The notes under the pieces: model-generated | What the model saw: only the letters and a program-made list of their open reading frames with translations | What the model was told of the DNA's origin: nothing | Database searches by the model: none | Assembly: GCA_013265495.1 (NCBI GenBank) | Contig: MU058384.1 | Coordinates: 4,389,239 to 4,453,238, forward strand | Length of the DNA stretch: 64,000 bases | Direction: 5' to 3' | DNA from: Vicugna vicugna | Lineage: Eukaryota | Shown: positions 1 through 12,639 of the stretch, piece after piece | Numbering within the stretch: position 1 is the first letter of the stretch | Layout: each line of letters opens with the position of its first letter | Made by a program: the position numbers and the translations under genes

Positions 1-640
1 TAGGATTAATTGTTATGCACACTAAAAATTTTTTTCAATTTGATAAGCAAAAATTTACTTATTATTGTCTTAATTTGATTTCTCATTACAAGTGAAGTTT
101 AATGTAGGTTCATATCCATCACTTCTTTGAATTTCTTTCACTATGTGGAAGTACTGCTACTTTTCCTACTGCATGGTTAGTAGTATTAGTTGATTCATTT
201 CACCTTCAGTAATTAAGGATATTAATTTGTTATATTTTGCTACTATTTTATCAAGTTTGCCACTTGTGTTTCATTTTACAAAATTTCTACACATAAATTC
301 TACACTTTTATGCTGTCAAATTTGACATTTGTCCTCTCCTCCAAAACCTTTATACCTAGAAACTCTTTCTCTTTTCTAAGACCATTTCATATGTACAATA
401 TTTTTTTCTGCTTTACATGGTTTTTAGTATATGCAATCAACTATTAGTCTACTTTTTTGGTGTTCTGCTTGAGATTGATATAATTTACATTTTTTCCCAA
501 ATAGTCAGTTTTTCTGACTTTATTGAATGATCCACCACTTCCCATTGCTTGTAAAGTTTTGCTTACCATATATTAAGTTATTTCATATATAATAAAGTCA
601 CCTAGCCTCAATTTTATGTACCTTTAAAAATTCTACTAAA
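1..640 (-). mobile_element. Old LINE-1 (L1M/L1ME-like) ORF2 3' region, degenerate
   Basis: T-rich; 'tttttcccaaatagtcagtttt...tttattgaatgatccaccacttcccattg...catatattaag' resembles the antisense of old L1 ORF2 3' sequence. Confidence 0.65.
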
Positions 641-759
641 TATGACATTATACAAATATCTCCACACATCTCATAGGTTACTTTTGATTATTTGATTCAG
701 TGTTTTTGTAAAGTAATATTGCATCTGTGTAGCTCCTCCAAAGCAGGTTACACATCTTC

Positions 760-830
760 TTGGTATCTACCCTACCATGCCTAGTTGCAGGGTTTGGCAC
801 ATAGGAGGCACTCAACATACAGTTGTATAA
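760..830 (+). mobile_element. L2 3'-end fragment
   Basis: 'cctagttgcagggtttggcacataggaggcactcaacat' resembles the L2 tail motif (cctagcacagtgcctggcacatagtaggcactcaata). Confidence 0.6.
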
Positions 831-3129
831 TTGCACAAACTTTCTTTCTAATGAGAAATGTTCTATTCTATGTAATAAAAGAAGAAACACGAAGCAGGCT
901 ACACAGACTGTGTTGGCTACTTTAGTTCTTTTTTTTTCTTTCTTTTTTAAATAAACTTTAATAAAACAGGATTGATATCTCTTGAAAGTTCTATCTAGTA
1001 AAGCAAGGAGATTTTCCAGAAGGTGGTTACATCCCTTTATTAAAAGCATCTGTGTCACAGCCACTGGTAGAGACCCAAACAACCTGAAGAGGTTGGCTCT
1101 GAGAAATCCCAGAGATAGAACACAGCCAAATTTTGAGACGGAACAACGTGTAAAATCATACTGCATGTTAATTTGATGACCAAGAGGAAAGATCTTTCTG
1201 CCTCATCAAATCTTATAAAGCAAGGTGATTTATGATGTCCTTGTGAGCTTGGTAGGTAACAAGAAAAATATATAGTAACGCTGTTTCGTAGACTTGACCT
1301 AAGACTCTGTTATATTTTGTAATTTTTCTACTTCTATTTTTCTCTCTATATAATTGGTTTCACTTTGAATGTTTTATAATAGATAGCCATTTAAAGCATA
1401 AAAAGAAATTCTCTGGGAATATTATCTTGGTGAATATTCATAGTAATGAAGCTATATATCTCAAAAAGTGAAAATGCCATTACTTCCCTTCCAATATGAT
1501 AATAATTACCAAGAGTCAACTCTATTTGATCTGTACAGTGGGGTAGTAGAGAGCACTTAAAATCATAGATGAACCGTGACTGATGTTTTTTTTTTGGAAG
1601 GGTTCCTGTACTTACATATGAATAAGAGAGTGACTTATCCCCTTGGGAATTCACAGCGCATCAAACCAAATTAGGAAGCCAGGCAGCTGTGACCTGGTTT
1701 TGTAAGGGCCAAGAAAGCTATAGAGTTTCACTATTGAGCTCAAAATGATTCCCTGGTTCCCATGCCATTTGGGACACAGGAGCACCTCACTGACTCATAA
1801 GAAAACACCACTCTGAGCTTATGTTTTATATTATCCAGGGTTACATATGAGGAAATAAAAACTTTAATGTGAGATATCTTGAGAGTGGCAATCTGCAGAA
1901 GAGGAAATGAAAATAAGAGTTAGAATAAAAGTTTGGTGGTAAAAACTTAGATTCAACAGTTAGCTTATATAATGAAAAGATTTACCTTACATGGTGAAAA
2001 TAACCCTGGTGAATTGAGTTCTAATGTTAATGCTCATTTCGTGAATGTTGAATTGAAGAATGGAGAAGGCAGTAAACTGGCTATTCTGCTGGGTCTAACT
2101 CAGTAGATTTTATTTTTCATTGTTTTGGAGATGCTTTGGGGAAGGATAGGAGTGGGAGTGAATATTTAAATCTGAAATTCAGATGAGAATTAAATGGGGA
2201 TTTTAAGCTTTTTTTCCTTTTTTTTTTTTTTTTTGTAGTAGGAAGGGATATGGAGAACAGGTTAGAAAGAGACTCTGGTTTTTGTTTCTTGGGAGTTCGA
2301 TAATACAGTTCCAAATTTGAACCCTTCAGAACCCACAAATAAGGATGGCTTTTGGAATCTATTTTAACATTCTCTGAAGTCACTGAATGAAATTGTGAGC
2401 TGTATTTTATTGATTTTTATTGGCGTATCAGCCTTGTTTCTTAAAGAAAATAAAAATCTCTTCCTACAAACAACAATTACTTAAGGGTTTTTCCTTGAGA
2501 AGATAAAAATACAAACAGAGTCCCCAGATGATGGGGTACATTCTGTTCCCCAAATTTTAATATAGGGGAACATATCAAAATGGAAAGAGCTTAATAAGCA
2601 GGAAATTTTTCATGTGTTCATTTCTGTAAAAACTCTAGTATTATTTTCATTCCTAGTTTGGTGACAAGCAATATGTTCTCTTGGCTTTGGTTCAGGGGTA
2701 AAGCTTGCAAAACCGCCTGTCGGTTTCCTTCACTGTTATTGTTGCTGGTGGAGGGGCTTTCACCACCATGTCACCCCACCAGCCTCCTGAATGCAGCCAT
2801 TCATCTAAGAAAAGCGTTAATTCCAAGATAACCTTTGCCATCTGGATTCTACCGCAGAGTGTTAGGACGGAGATTGAAACAGGAGACAAGTGGTGGTTAG
2901 CTGGAAACAGCATATTTTCCAAGAAACTCCATTTCTTTACTTACGTTATACTCAAAGAGGAGTAAAACCAAACCAGAATATCTTCCTCGGCACTCCCCGA
3001 TTTTAATAGGTGGTCCTCCTTGGAGTTCAACCACTCCCAAGCACTTTCTGTCTTACTGTCTGTTGCTCTTTAAACAAAGCTTAAAAATGAATTAGGAACT
3101 TTGCTGGTTCCTCCCAAGAGAAAAAGAAT

Positions 3130-3443
3130 TCACCGGTGGCAACTACCAGTACCCACATTGTTTATCAGAACATAAAGTTCGGTAGAAATCCCACAGTGAC
3201 GTCATCCCCCAGCACTTGCTGATGAAGCTGGAGATGCTTCCAAGACATTTTCAACTGGATTGGACACTGTTTGCAGGAAATGGTCAACCAGCTCTCACTT
3301 CAAAGGCCTTTCCTTTACTAGGTTGTGTTTAGCACATAAAAGAAGTGGAAAGTGTCCTAAATCATAGAGGCAGTCTAAATCGGTACTTAAACGGATTGCA
3401 AAAAAACTTCACGTGCTGTGCTTATTTTTCTGAGTTGGTAAGT
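3130..3443 (+). promoter_or_regulatory. Candidate enhancer/promoter island with full CRE
   Basis: TGACGTCA 3197-3204; forkhead-like TGTTTAT 3159-3165; GRE-like AGAACAtaaAGTTCG 3167-3181; E-box CACGTG 3410-3415; retained CpGs; no repeat recognised; + strand donor TTG|GTAAGT at 3437/3438. Confidence 0.45.
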
Positions 3444-4094
3444 CAACTATAATTATTGATATTTAGGTGAAATCTCCTGAAACATTGTTAAACTGGTGGA
3501 TCCTTGCTATGGGAATGGAAAAACGCCTGAGGAGCCTAATACATGGATAACAGGCAAAAATAGTCCTAGAGACAGACCAGTCTTGCCAGAGGTCAAGCTA
3601 CAAACGGTTTATAGGAAAATTGTCCACATTGGTAGAGGGGATCAAGTGTAGCTGGGAGTTGAAAACTAGGATCAAAGAACTAACTTCTCAAAAGATTAAG
3701 AAATAAAAAATTTAGGTATATTTATTTAGAAGGAAGAAGGTGCATGGAGAGGAAATGATGTGGTATGAGCCACCCTAGGTGCTACACCTTTAACCTGTTT
3801 TTCATCCTTTGTGGTAAACAGTTCTGTATTCTAATTGTAAAGGATGTCCTAGGGGACTAAACAGATATAGCCACATTATCTGTTAGTAGAAATACATCAT
3901 AACCTTGAACTTTCTCCTATCAAAGGAATTTTTGGTTTACACTAAACATATCCTTATGAAACTATTACTTAAATAGATGACCAAGCTCGACTGAGCAAAG
4001 GCTCATCACCAACATGAAACACATCTGAACGTCATAATGTTACCAAGGAAAATTGAGACAAAAATACAGCCTTTTAGAGTGAGAAGACCTATAA

Positions 4095-4450
4095 CTAAGT
4101 TTGGTTTTCTTTTTATAAAATAAGGATAACAGTATTTACTTTAAAGATCTGTCATAAAGACAAAATGAGCTGATTTTTAAAGAGCTTTGTAAACAGTAAT
4201 AATAATGAGGATGGTGATAACAGGTAAGGTTTACTGAGTGCTTCCAATGTGCCAGGCACTACTGTGATCTGCATTAGCTCCTTTAATTTTCACAACTCTC
4301 TTGTGAAACAAGTACTATCCCAATAACTATCTAACATATAAAGCAAGTCAAGGAAAGGTTAAATCATTTGATCACGATCATTTAGCTATTAAGTGGTAAA
4401 GTCTGAATTTAAATTTAGATCTTCTGTTTCTGGAGTTACTTCCCACTGTA
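4095..4450. mobile_element. Two adjacent MIR SINE fragments in opposite orientation
   Basis: + copy '...tttataaaataaggataacagtatttac...'; - copy 'tttactgagtgcttccaatgtgccaggcact...aaaggttaaatcatttgatcacgatcatttagctattaagtggtaaagtctgaattt'. Confidence 0.7.
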
Positions 4451-5714
4451 AAGCACATATCAAAATATCAGGAAAAACAATACAGTGTGTTTTGCCTAAA
4501 GATCGCCTATGTAGTAAACACGACACAAGTGCTCCAATGGGGCTTATGCAATCACAGCGTGGGTGTGCTACTGTCATGTTGAGAAAAGAATAAATCTATA
4601 AGTGGTTGTAGGGAGAAAGAGAACAATTGACAGCAAGGACATGATTACTTAAGGGTATAAATTACATAATTTTTAATAACCTTTCGTTAGGTGGCTGTAT
4701 CTTAGATTTTTTTCCTCTTGGCAAGATTCAGGAAGTCATAATAAGCCAGAGAGTTACAGACATAGCATCTGGAAGGCTAGACCCTTAGGTGAGCCTCCTA
4801 AAAGGCTCCTTGTTAGGTCAAAATGAACAAAGTGTTCATTATCTGCTGCCCTTAATTTTCAATTGAAATTGAAGTAAGAGACTTTCAAAAAAGGAGGTGT
4901 TCAGTAGCACAAGTGGAAAGATTGGCTCTGATTGGTATCCTTTCATATTATAACCAGAGGAATTCTTTTATTTTGAGAAGATATTTGTGATTCTTTCCAC
5001 AAGCTGAACACACATTTACCCTGGAGAATGACTCCCACACGCCACTGACCTGAAAAAGTGATATGATAGCTTGATGCTTTCATACTTACCCCTATTAGGA
5101 ATAATAACTTGGGGAGTGTTTTAAATTAATACACATGGCAGTCAGCTTTAAAAAAGTTCCCAAAAGACTACAGAGGAAATAAACACAACACAAAATAATC
5201 CCCATGTTAAAACATACCCACAGAGTTATAGCAATAATCTGATTGGGAATATTACATTCATACAAGACGTGAGATGCTGTATTTCAAACATGATAGGACT
5301 CTGTACTTACTCTCTGCCCAAGCAGAAATGGAATGCCTTAAATGCCACAGATATGTATTTCTACCTTAAACAAACACCTATGTGGCATCTCTATAAATCA
5401 TATACAAGAACTGTTTATGATAAAAAGGAATTTTACTTTAAATAAAATTGATATTTCAAATATTTTTCAAAGTTCCCTTATAAAATACATCCTAACATAG
5501 AATCACATCTTACAGGAATATAAATTTCAGCAGGACATATGTTATCTTTGCAAATACTTTCACTCTGCTTTACAGCTATACATATATTAGTAGCAGCAAA
5601 GAAACAAAATTGGAATCCTGGTTTCAGAGATGACACCAAATGTGAAAGATGAAGAAAATATATGAGACCTCAGGCTTAATATGTTTTTTCCATATTTATA
5701 AAAAATGGTATGGG

Positions 5715-7110
5715 TAGCTTCCATTCTCAGCCACAATAAAGGAACTGGTAATGAAGAACTCATCTGGCCATAAGCGATGGAAAGACGGCAAAATATTTGA
5801 AGTAATCTCTTTCAGATATTGGAAGAGACGTAGCATAGAACTGTGGTTGCTGAGAGACAGGAATCATAGGATGAGAGCTCCCTGATTATTCCAGATCTCT
5901 GCATAGGCAGGGAGGTGGGGCTAAAGCAGTGAACAGTATCTTGCCAAGCTAAGGAGGCAGATGCTTGAGTTTGGGTCTGATGGAGTGGCTAGAATTTTAG
6001 AGAAGGCTCCTGGAGAGAAGAGAACTGGGAACTGCATAAAAAGAAAATGACAGAAATCTGCATGAAGGTCCCTTTAAGATTCTGGCTTAATACTAACCTA
6101 CTTATGCCCAGGGCAAGACTCTGAGGTATAGCAGAGTGGAACTACCAGGGAGCTGGGAGTGGAATGAAGCTGCCAGCGGTACATAAAGCTGGGAGTCGTA
6201 GGAATTCTGATCAGCCAGAGTTGAGAGGCCTTACTGATACTCTGGATGTGCAACTGAGATCTGAGAATCACTACATTTTAGGAGGAAGGCCATTCTAGTC
6301 CTAGAATAAGGAAGGTCTACACAAAACCTGACCTCACAAATCTTAATAACAAGCCTTGAAAGAGTCAACTGAGTCATGAGTAAATTAACTTCCTATCAGA
6401 ACAAAATTCAATAATTATTAAAGGAAGACAACAAAATCTAGATTCTCAACAACTTAGAATTCACAAAATCCAGCATACCAAAAAAAAAATTTTTCTAGAT
6501 GTGCAAAGGAGTAGAAATATTTAACCTGCACCCAGAAAAAAAGTCAATAAAGGCAGACCTGAAATGACAAAGATGTTGGAATTAGCAGACAAGCTAATAC
6601 CCTGACACCATCTCTTCTGTATACCTAAGTCTTACTCAATCTTGAAGGCTCTGGCCTTGAACAGATGGTTTACACAATAAACCTTACATCTTGGGTACAA
6701 TAGTTCTGTTCAGTTAAATGAACAGTAAGATTTTTGAAGGTTGGGCCATAATTGCCTCTAGCAAAGAGAAGCCAATTTATTTCCAGCAGAAGCCATCCAG
6801 AGCCTAGTGTAAGAGTTTACAATGTTTTAAAAAAAAAAGGAATAAAATAGCTATTATTAACCTGCTTAAGAATTCAAAGGAAAAAGATCAATATAATGAG
6901 TAAACAGATGAGTAATCTCAGTGGAAAACTGGAAACTGTAATGGACAACTAAATGAAGCTTTCAAAACTGAAAAATTCAGTACCCTAGATTTAAAATTTA
7001 TTAGGTGGGGCTTAGCAAGAGATCTGATATAGCAAAAGAAAAAAAGTGACAATGAAAATTGGAAAATAAAAACTACACAAAATTAAAGCACAAAAAGAAA
7101 AAAGGCTAAA
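5715..7110 (+). mobile_element. Old L1 5' region/ORF1 remnant, interrupted at ~6594-6842
   Basis: 'agatgttggaattagcagacaag...atagctattattaacctgcttaagaattcaaaggaaaa...aacagatgagtaatctcagtggaaaactggaaact' follows the L1M ORF1 pattern; A-rich. Confidence 0.7.
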
Positions 7111-7119
7111 AAATTTCTC

Positions 7120-8500
7120 TGCAGTCTTTTGTAAAAATTTACAAGTTAATTCTAAAACAGCCAAATCAATCTTGTAAAAGAGTAATATTGGAGGATTATT
7201 TGATTTTAAGATTTGCTATAAAGCTTCAACAATCATGATATTGTAGTATTACTATACCATACATACACAAAAAATAATTTTATGTATCTTAGACCTAATG
7301 TCAAAGGAAAAACTACAAAGTTTTTGGAAAAAACATGGAATATCTTTGCAATATGTTGGGGTAGGCAAGGATTTCCTACATAGAATACAGAAAGGAATAA
7401 CTATAAAAACATTTTTGATAAATTAGACTTCATCAAATCAAACATTTGCTCATTAAACATATATCTGTATTTTATTAAAATGTGTTATAAGTTACATTAA
7501 TATATTAAAATACATTAAGAAGATATACAAGTAATATATATTATATTTACTTATATTATATTTACTTATATTTTATTATATTTCTCCCAAGCCACAGAGA
7601 GAAACATATATCTGACAAAGGAACTGTATGTAAAAATACATTAAAAAAAACTACAACACAGTCAGTTGACTACAGTTCAGCAATAAACAGATAACCCAAT
7701 TAAAAAAGACAAAATACTTGAGCAGATACTTCATAAAGAAGAATATGCAAATGGGCAAATAGCACATGATTAGTCATCAAGGAAACGTGGTATCACCACA
7801 ATGAGATATCGCCACACATTCATTAGAATGGCTAAACTTAAAAAAAAGTTTTTTGGCAAGGATGTGGAACAACTGAAACTCATACTTTGTGGGTGCAAAT
7901 TCAAAGTGGGAAAGCCACTTTGAAAAACAGCTTGGCAACTTCTTAGAAAGGTAAACAATATATCTATTCTATGACCCAGCGATTCTACTCCTAGCTATTT
8001 ACTCAAGAGAGAGAAAAATGTGTCTTCACAGCAATGCTTGAACAGAAATATTTATGGGAGATTTATTCATAGCAGACAAAAACCGGGAACAACTAAAATG
8101 TCTACAAATAGGAGAATGGATAAATTGTGGTTTATCCATACAAAGGAATGCTACTCAACAATAAAAGGAAATGCACAACAGATACTTGTTGTAACTTGAA
8201 TGACCTTCCAAGCATAACAGTCTGGGTGAAAGAAGCTGGCCATAAACAAAGTACGTTCTGCATAATTCCATATATATGAAGTTTTACAACAGGCAAAAAT
8301 AATCTCTGCTAGAAAAAATTCACAACAGTGGTTGTATGTAGTGGGAGGATACTGACTGTACAGGGGTACAAAGGGGATTCCAGGGGGATTGGCAATGGTC
8401 TATACCTGGATCTGGTGTGGGTTATATAAGAGGTGTCCATTTGTCAACACATTCAACTTTATCATGTAAGACCATTGTATTGTATACAAATCATGCCCCC
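7120..8500 (+). mobile_element. Old L1 (L1MB/MC/ME-like) ORF2 3' end plus 3'UTR, with deletions
   Basis: 'ggggtaggcaaggatttcct', 'ttggcaaggatgtggaacaactgaaactcatac', 'tatgacccagcgattctactcctagctatttactcaagaga' are typical L1 3' motifs; many stops. Confidence 0.85.
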
Positions 8501-8509
8501 CCCAAATCT

Positions 8510-9220
8510 ATTAGTGACATTCCCAAGGGAATGCAAATTAAAACCACATAGAAACACACCTACTAGACACACCTACAAGAATGGCTAAAATCAAAAAGAC
8601 AGATGATGCCAAGTGTTGTCAAGGATGTGGAGCATCTGGAATTCTCAAATATTGCTGATGGGAATGCAAAGTGTTAACAGTGCTTTGGAAAACAGTTTGG
8701 CAGTTTCTTAAAAAGGTAAACATATACCCATCCTGTGACTACTCCTAGGTATAAGAGAAGTGAAAACACACATCTACACTAAGACCTCTTCACCATAGCT
8801 TTATTCGTAAGAGACAAAACCCCAAATGTCCATCACCTGGGAAATGGATAATTAAATTTTGGTCTGTCCATACATTGGAAGTAATAATCAGCAATAAAAA
8901 GAAGTAAATGCTGATGAATGTAACAACAGGGATGGATCTTAAAAACATTATACAGAGTGAAAGAAACCAGTCCCAGAGGCTACCTGCAGCATGATTCCGT
9001 GTCTCAAGAAGGCAGATCGATAGGAACAGAAAGCAGATCACTGACACCTGGGGCTCAGAGTGATGAACCGGATTGACAACAGAGGAACAAGGGATTTTTT
9101 GGAGTGATGGAACTACTGTACATTTTGATTGTGTTCTACATGCAGTTGTATACATTTTTCAAAACTCAATGAATTCAAAAGGGTGAATTTTTGTGGATGC
9201 AATTATACCTCAATGAGAAG
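8510..9220 (+). mobile_element. Second old L1 3' end (L1ME/MB-like)
   Basis: Repeats the same L1 3' segment: 'gaatgcaaattaaaaccaca...aaggatgtggagcatctggaattctca...tgcaattatacctcaat'. Confidence 0.85.
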
Positions 9221-10129
9221 GTGAATAATTCAAATATTCAACATCAGTTTGTTCCTTTTGTAGTGGCAACTATATACCAACACTGCTCAGAATATGCAAG
9301 TATGAAAGATTGAGGTGTGAAGAGAGAGAAGCGACAGGGCTTAAAACCACAGGCAATAAAGGAATCAAATAAATCCTCTGGCCTCAGCCCTGGGCCAGGA
9401 AGATCTCTGCTAACATTACACTTCACTCCATTCTACATTTCTAGAAAACTGTATGTCAATCACTTTGCCAATGATGGGTGGGTTGCGGAGAAAAGAAAGT
9501 GACAGAGTCACTGTCATCCAGGAATTTATAGGTTTAAGAAGCTGACAAGCTCATCACTCACAAAATGAGAATAAGATCGAGCCTGCATATCTGTTTGCAT
9601 GCCTTAAATGGTGCCAAGAAGTTCTGTTCTATGTAAATAATGCGTGTTTTTTCAAGGAACACTTTTTTAAAGCAAACTATATCAGAAACTATAACAAAAA
9701 GGAGGGTTTTATTAAAGCAAGTATAATTGCCTATAATTTTAAAAACGAGTTGTGTGGCAACTCTTGCTGGTACATGTCAAATGAAAAATGACATTTTTAA
9801 AAAAATTTCTAAGAACTCTTCTTGAATCAGGACACCTAGTAGAAGTTAGGACCAGCATCAGCAGGCTTTCAATAAGAGAGGTATTTCAAATGGAGACAGG
9901 CAGGGATAAAAGCCAGGAGGAATGTTTTATGCAGTGGAGTGGCTGCAGTGGAAGCTGGAGATGCAACCTATGAATTCCAGTTAAGCTATGCTTTCATAAT
10001 AACATGACAGAAAAAATAAATGAATGAGGCAGAAGGCCCAATGGAGACTGTGGTCCAGAGTGAGTGTGTGAGCTGGCAGCTGGGGGCCAGGCAGCTTGCG
10101 TGGTGACTGGCAATGCCAGCCCTGTGTTG

Positions 10130-10365
10130 GGATGGCCTGAGTTTAAGTACAGGTACTTATCATCTGTGTGACTTTGGGTAAGTGACCAATGATCTGGGAG
10201 GCTTACATTATTTTTTTTTTTTGGTCCAGGTTATTTGGAGAGAAAAATTAAATAAGCTTAGGAGATTACTTTGCAGATTTAAAAGATAATAATTATGTGA
10301 GGTCCTTATTATAGAGTTCCTGACACATAGAAATTACTCAACAAATATTTGTGATTATTATTAAT
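10130..10365 (+). mobile_element. MIR SINE
   Basis: 'ctgtgtgactttgggtaagtgacc' core and 'cctgacacatagaaattactcaacaaatattt' tail. Confidence 0.7.
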
Positions 10366-10369
10366 GCAA

Positions 10370-10700
10370 AGAGAACAGGAGTCAGAGTCTGAAGATATGG
10401 GTTCAAGAGTAGGGTGACCAGCTGCCCTGATTTGCCTTGGACATTCCTGCTTCCAGCATTGAGGGTCCTGTGTGCTGGGAATCTCCACGGCTCGACACAC
10501 TGGATCATTGGTCTCCCACGATTCTGGACCCATCATTGACTGATTGTGATCTTGGGCAAGTTTCTTAAATTTGGACCACATTTTTTTAAATCTATAAAAT
10601 GGGAATGATGAAAACAGATTTTTACCATGATGAAATAAAACAATGCTTAAAAGAAATCTTTGTAGCTTAAAAGCTATTTAAAATATTAATTGTTGTTATC
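10370..10700 (+). mobile_element. MIR SINE split by a DNA transposon
   Basis: 'gagtcagagtctgaagatatgggttcaaga' resumes after the insert as 'ttctggaccc...gtgatcttgggcaagtttcttaa...ctataaaatgggaatgat'. Confidence 0.7.
10410..10518. mobile_element. MER81-like hAT-Blackjack MITE inserted in MIR
   Basis: Begins TAGGGTGACCA and ends TGGTCTCCCA (degenerate TIR); ~110 bp; internal 'ccagcattgagggtcctgtgtgctgggaa' fits remembered MER81 consensus. Confidence 0.75.
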
Positions 10701-11159
10701 AATAGCAAATTTGTCTCTATTCTCCTAGAGATCTTCAATTATTTTTTTCTTTTAGCTTTGTATTTTTCTTATCCGGAATGTCTTCATTCTTTCCCTTCTG
10801 TTCTCTGTCAGTGATTTCTCCTGCCTGTTCTCTCAGTTTCTTCTCTCAGTTTTGTTCTTCTGCGAACTCTAACTTATGAGCTGATAGAACATTTAGAAAC
10901 ACTAGGTAGGAGATCCTTCCCAATGATGTCAAACTCTTTTACAATAACTCTTCACTTAGACATTATAGTTTTAGAGGCATGGAAATTTGTGTGAGTGTGT
11001 GTGTGGTGGAAAGTGGGGGCTATGTTGAGAACAGATAAGCACTTTTACATCATTCACTTTTGAAAGTCTTTTCTAGTCGGAAATTCTATAGCTCTAAGAT
11101 ACCCTGCCCTGAATTCTTTTCAAAAATATTCTCACGTGTGCTTTCCCACAAATCCAAAG

Positions 11160-11320
11160 GGCCATTTAATATAAATATATGCAACCTACAAATACAAGCC
11201 ATGTATGAAATTAAAAAAATCTCTAGGTATTTCTAGCCAGATATTTCTAGCAGTCAAAAAAAATTATTTCAACATATAATCAATGTAAAATTATTTCATG
11301 AATAATTTTTACTTTAAAAA
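11160..11320. mobile_element. MER33/MER3-like hAT-Charlie fragment
   Basis: 'atttcaacatataatcaatgtaaaattatttcatgaataatttt' and 'aagccatgtatgaaattaaaaaat...ttctagc'. Confidence 0.5.
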
Positions 11321-12639
11321 AAAAACTCAACTCTTGATGTATATGACCTCAGGTGGACAGGGCCATCCAATCGCAGAAAAATCCACCACCCATCCAAAAC
11401 CAGAGCACACGCTGGGCTTGCTTGCATTTTCCCCTGAACAGCTGTGGGTATGGAGACTTAACAGACCACCTAGAATTTTCCTGCCACAGTTAATTACTCA
11501 TAGGGACAGCTTATGACTTAATTAGAGCTCTCCAGCCTTCTTGCAAATAAAGACTATGTTTAATGAGATGTTCACTGTAATTACTGAATCCTTTTTCATA
11601 GTCAATTGTTTTTGTTTTTTCCTTTTATTCTAACATTTCAAATATTTTTTCTCCCGTGTAAAGATTTATATACATAGGGTAGAGCTTCGTGCTATCAACT
11701 ATATAATTACTATTACATAATTATATACTAACTTATTAGTTAATAACCTATTTTAACTCTTTCTTAGTCATGCTTCTGGCACAAGAATGTAGGTTAATTA
11801 TACAGAGTAATCCTCTAATATGTTTTAAAAGTATGGGGTACTCTCATAGAAATTTTCTTCGTATCATGAAATAATATCCTTGGCTGGGTAGAAGTCATAG
11901 AATCAACAAAAGTTTAAAAATACAGTTAGTGAGTATTAAGTGTATCCACAGGCAGCACCTATGTTCCTAAAATAGTGACTGTAATCTTAGCTTGTGGAGG
12001 AGTGGGACCTGTGGGTGTCAAGATTGCCCCAGTATCTTCTCAGCACCAGGTACTGGCAGACGAGAAGACAGACCCCCGATGGATGTCGTAGTGGGTCTTC
12101 TTGGTTTACATCTCACACTCTTCCTGGTGTGAACTCATCTGTAGTCACAGCTTTGACTATGTATTGGCAACATCTATGTGTCAAGCTCAGACATCATTGC
12201 TTAATGTTAAACTCACTATTTCTATTGACTTTAATGAACATCCTCACCTGTTCCCACAGACACCACAGAAGCAATATATCAATCAGGGATTTGGCTTGCA
12301 AGCGACAGGAATGTGTGCTGACTTAGGGAAACAGCTGAGGATGTTACTGTAGCCATAACCTGTAGCTTCTGCTATAAGTAAACAGGACAGAGTGGGAGGT
12401 TTGGTCTACTTGTCCTAGAGTCACTTCCCAGATCACACCTGCATGTTTGTTGAGGAACCCAATGCTGCAACCACTGACTTGTAGACACTGAACACTACAT
12501 TCTTGTCCCTACCAGCCCTGGGCTCTGTACCCCACCTTATCACTGATCCCTGCTGCCCAGACCATTCATTTTCCATAGCAACTCTAGAGAGCAGTTTAAA
12601 AAAACTATATAGATAAAACTTAAAAAACATAAATATGGA

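Noticed and set aside
678..1166. Longest ORF in the track (162 aa, minus)
   Set aside because: Runs through an L2 tail and a polyT tract, has no recognisable domain and starts at a non-ATG codon; consistent with chance
7770..9155. ORFs over L1 3' regions
   Set aside because: Antisense translations of decayed L1; no intact ORF2
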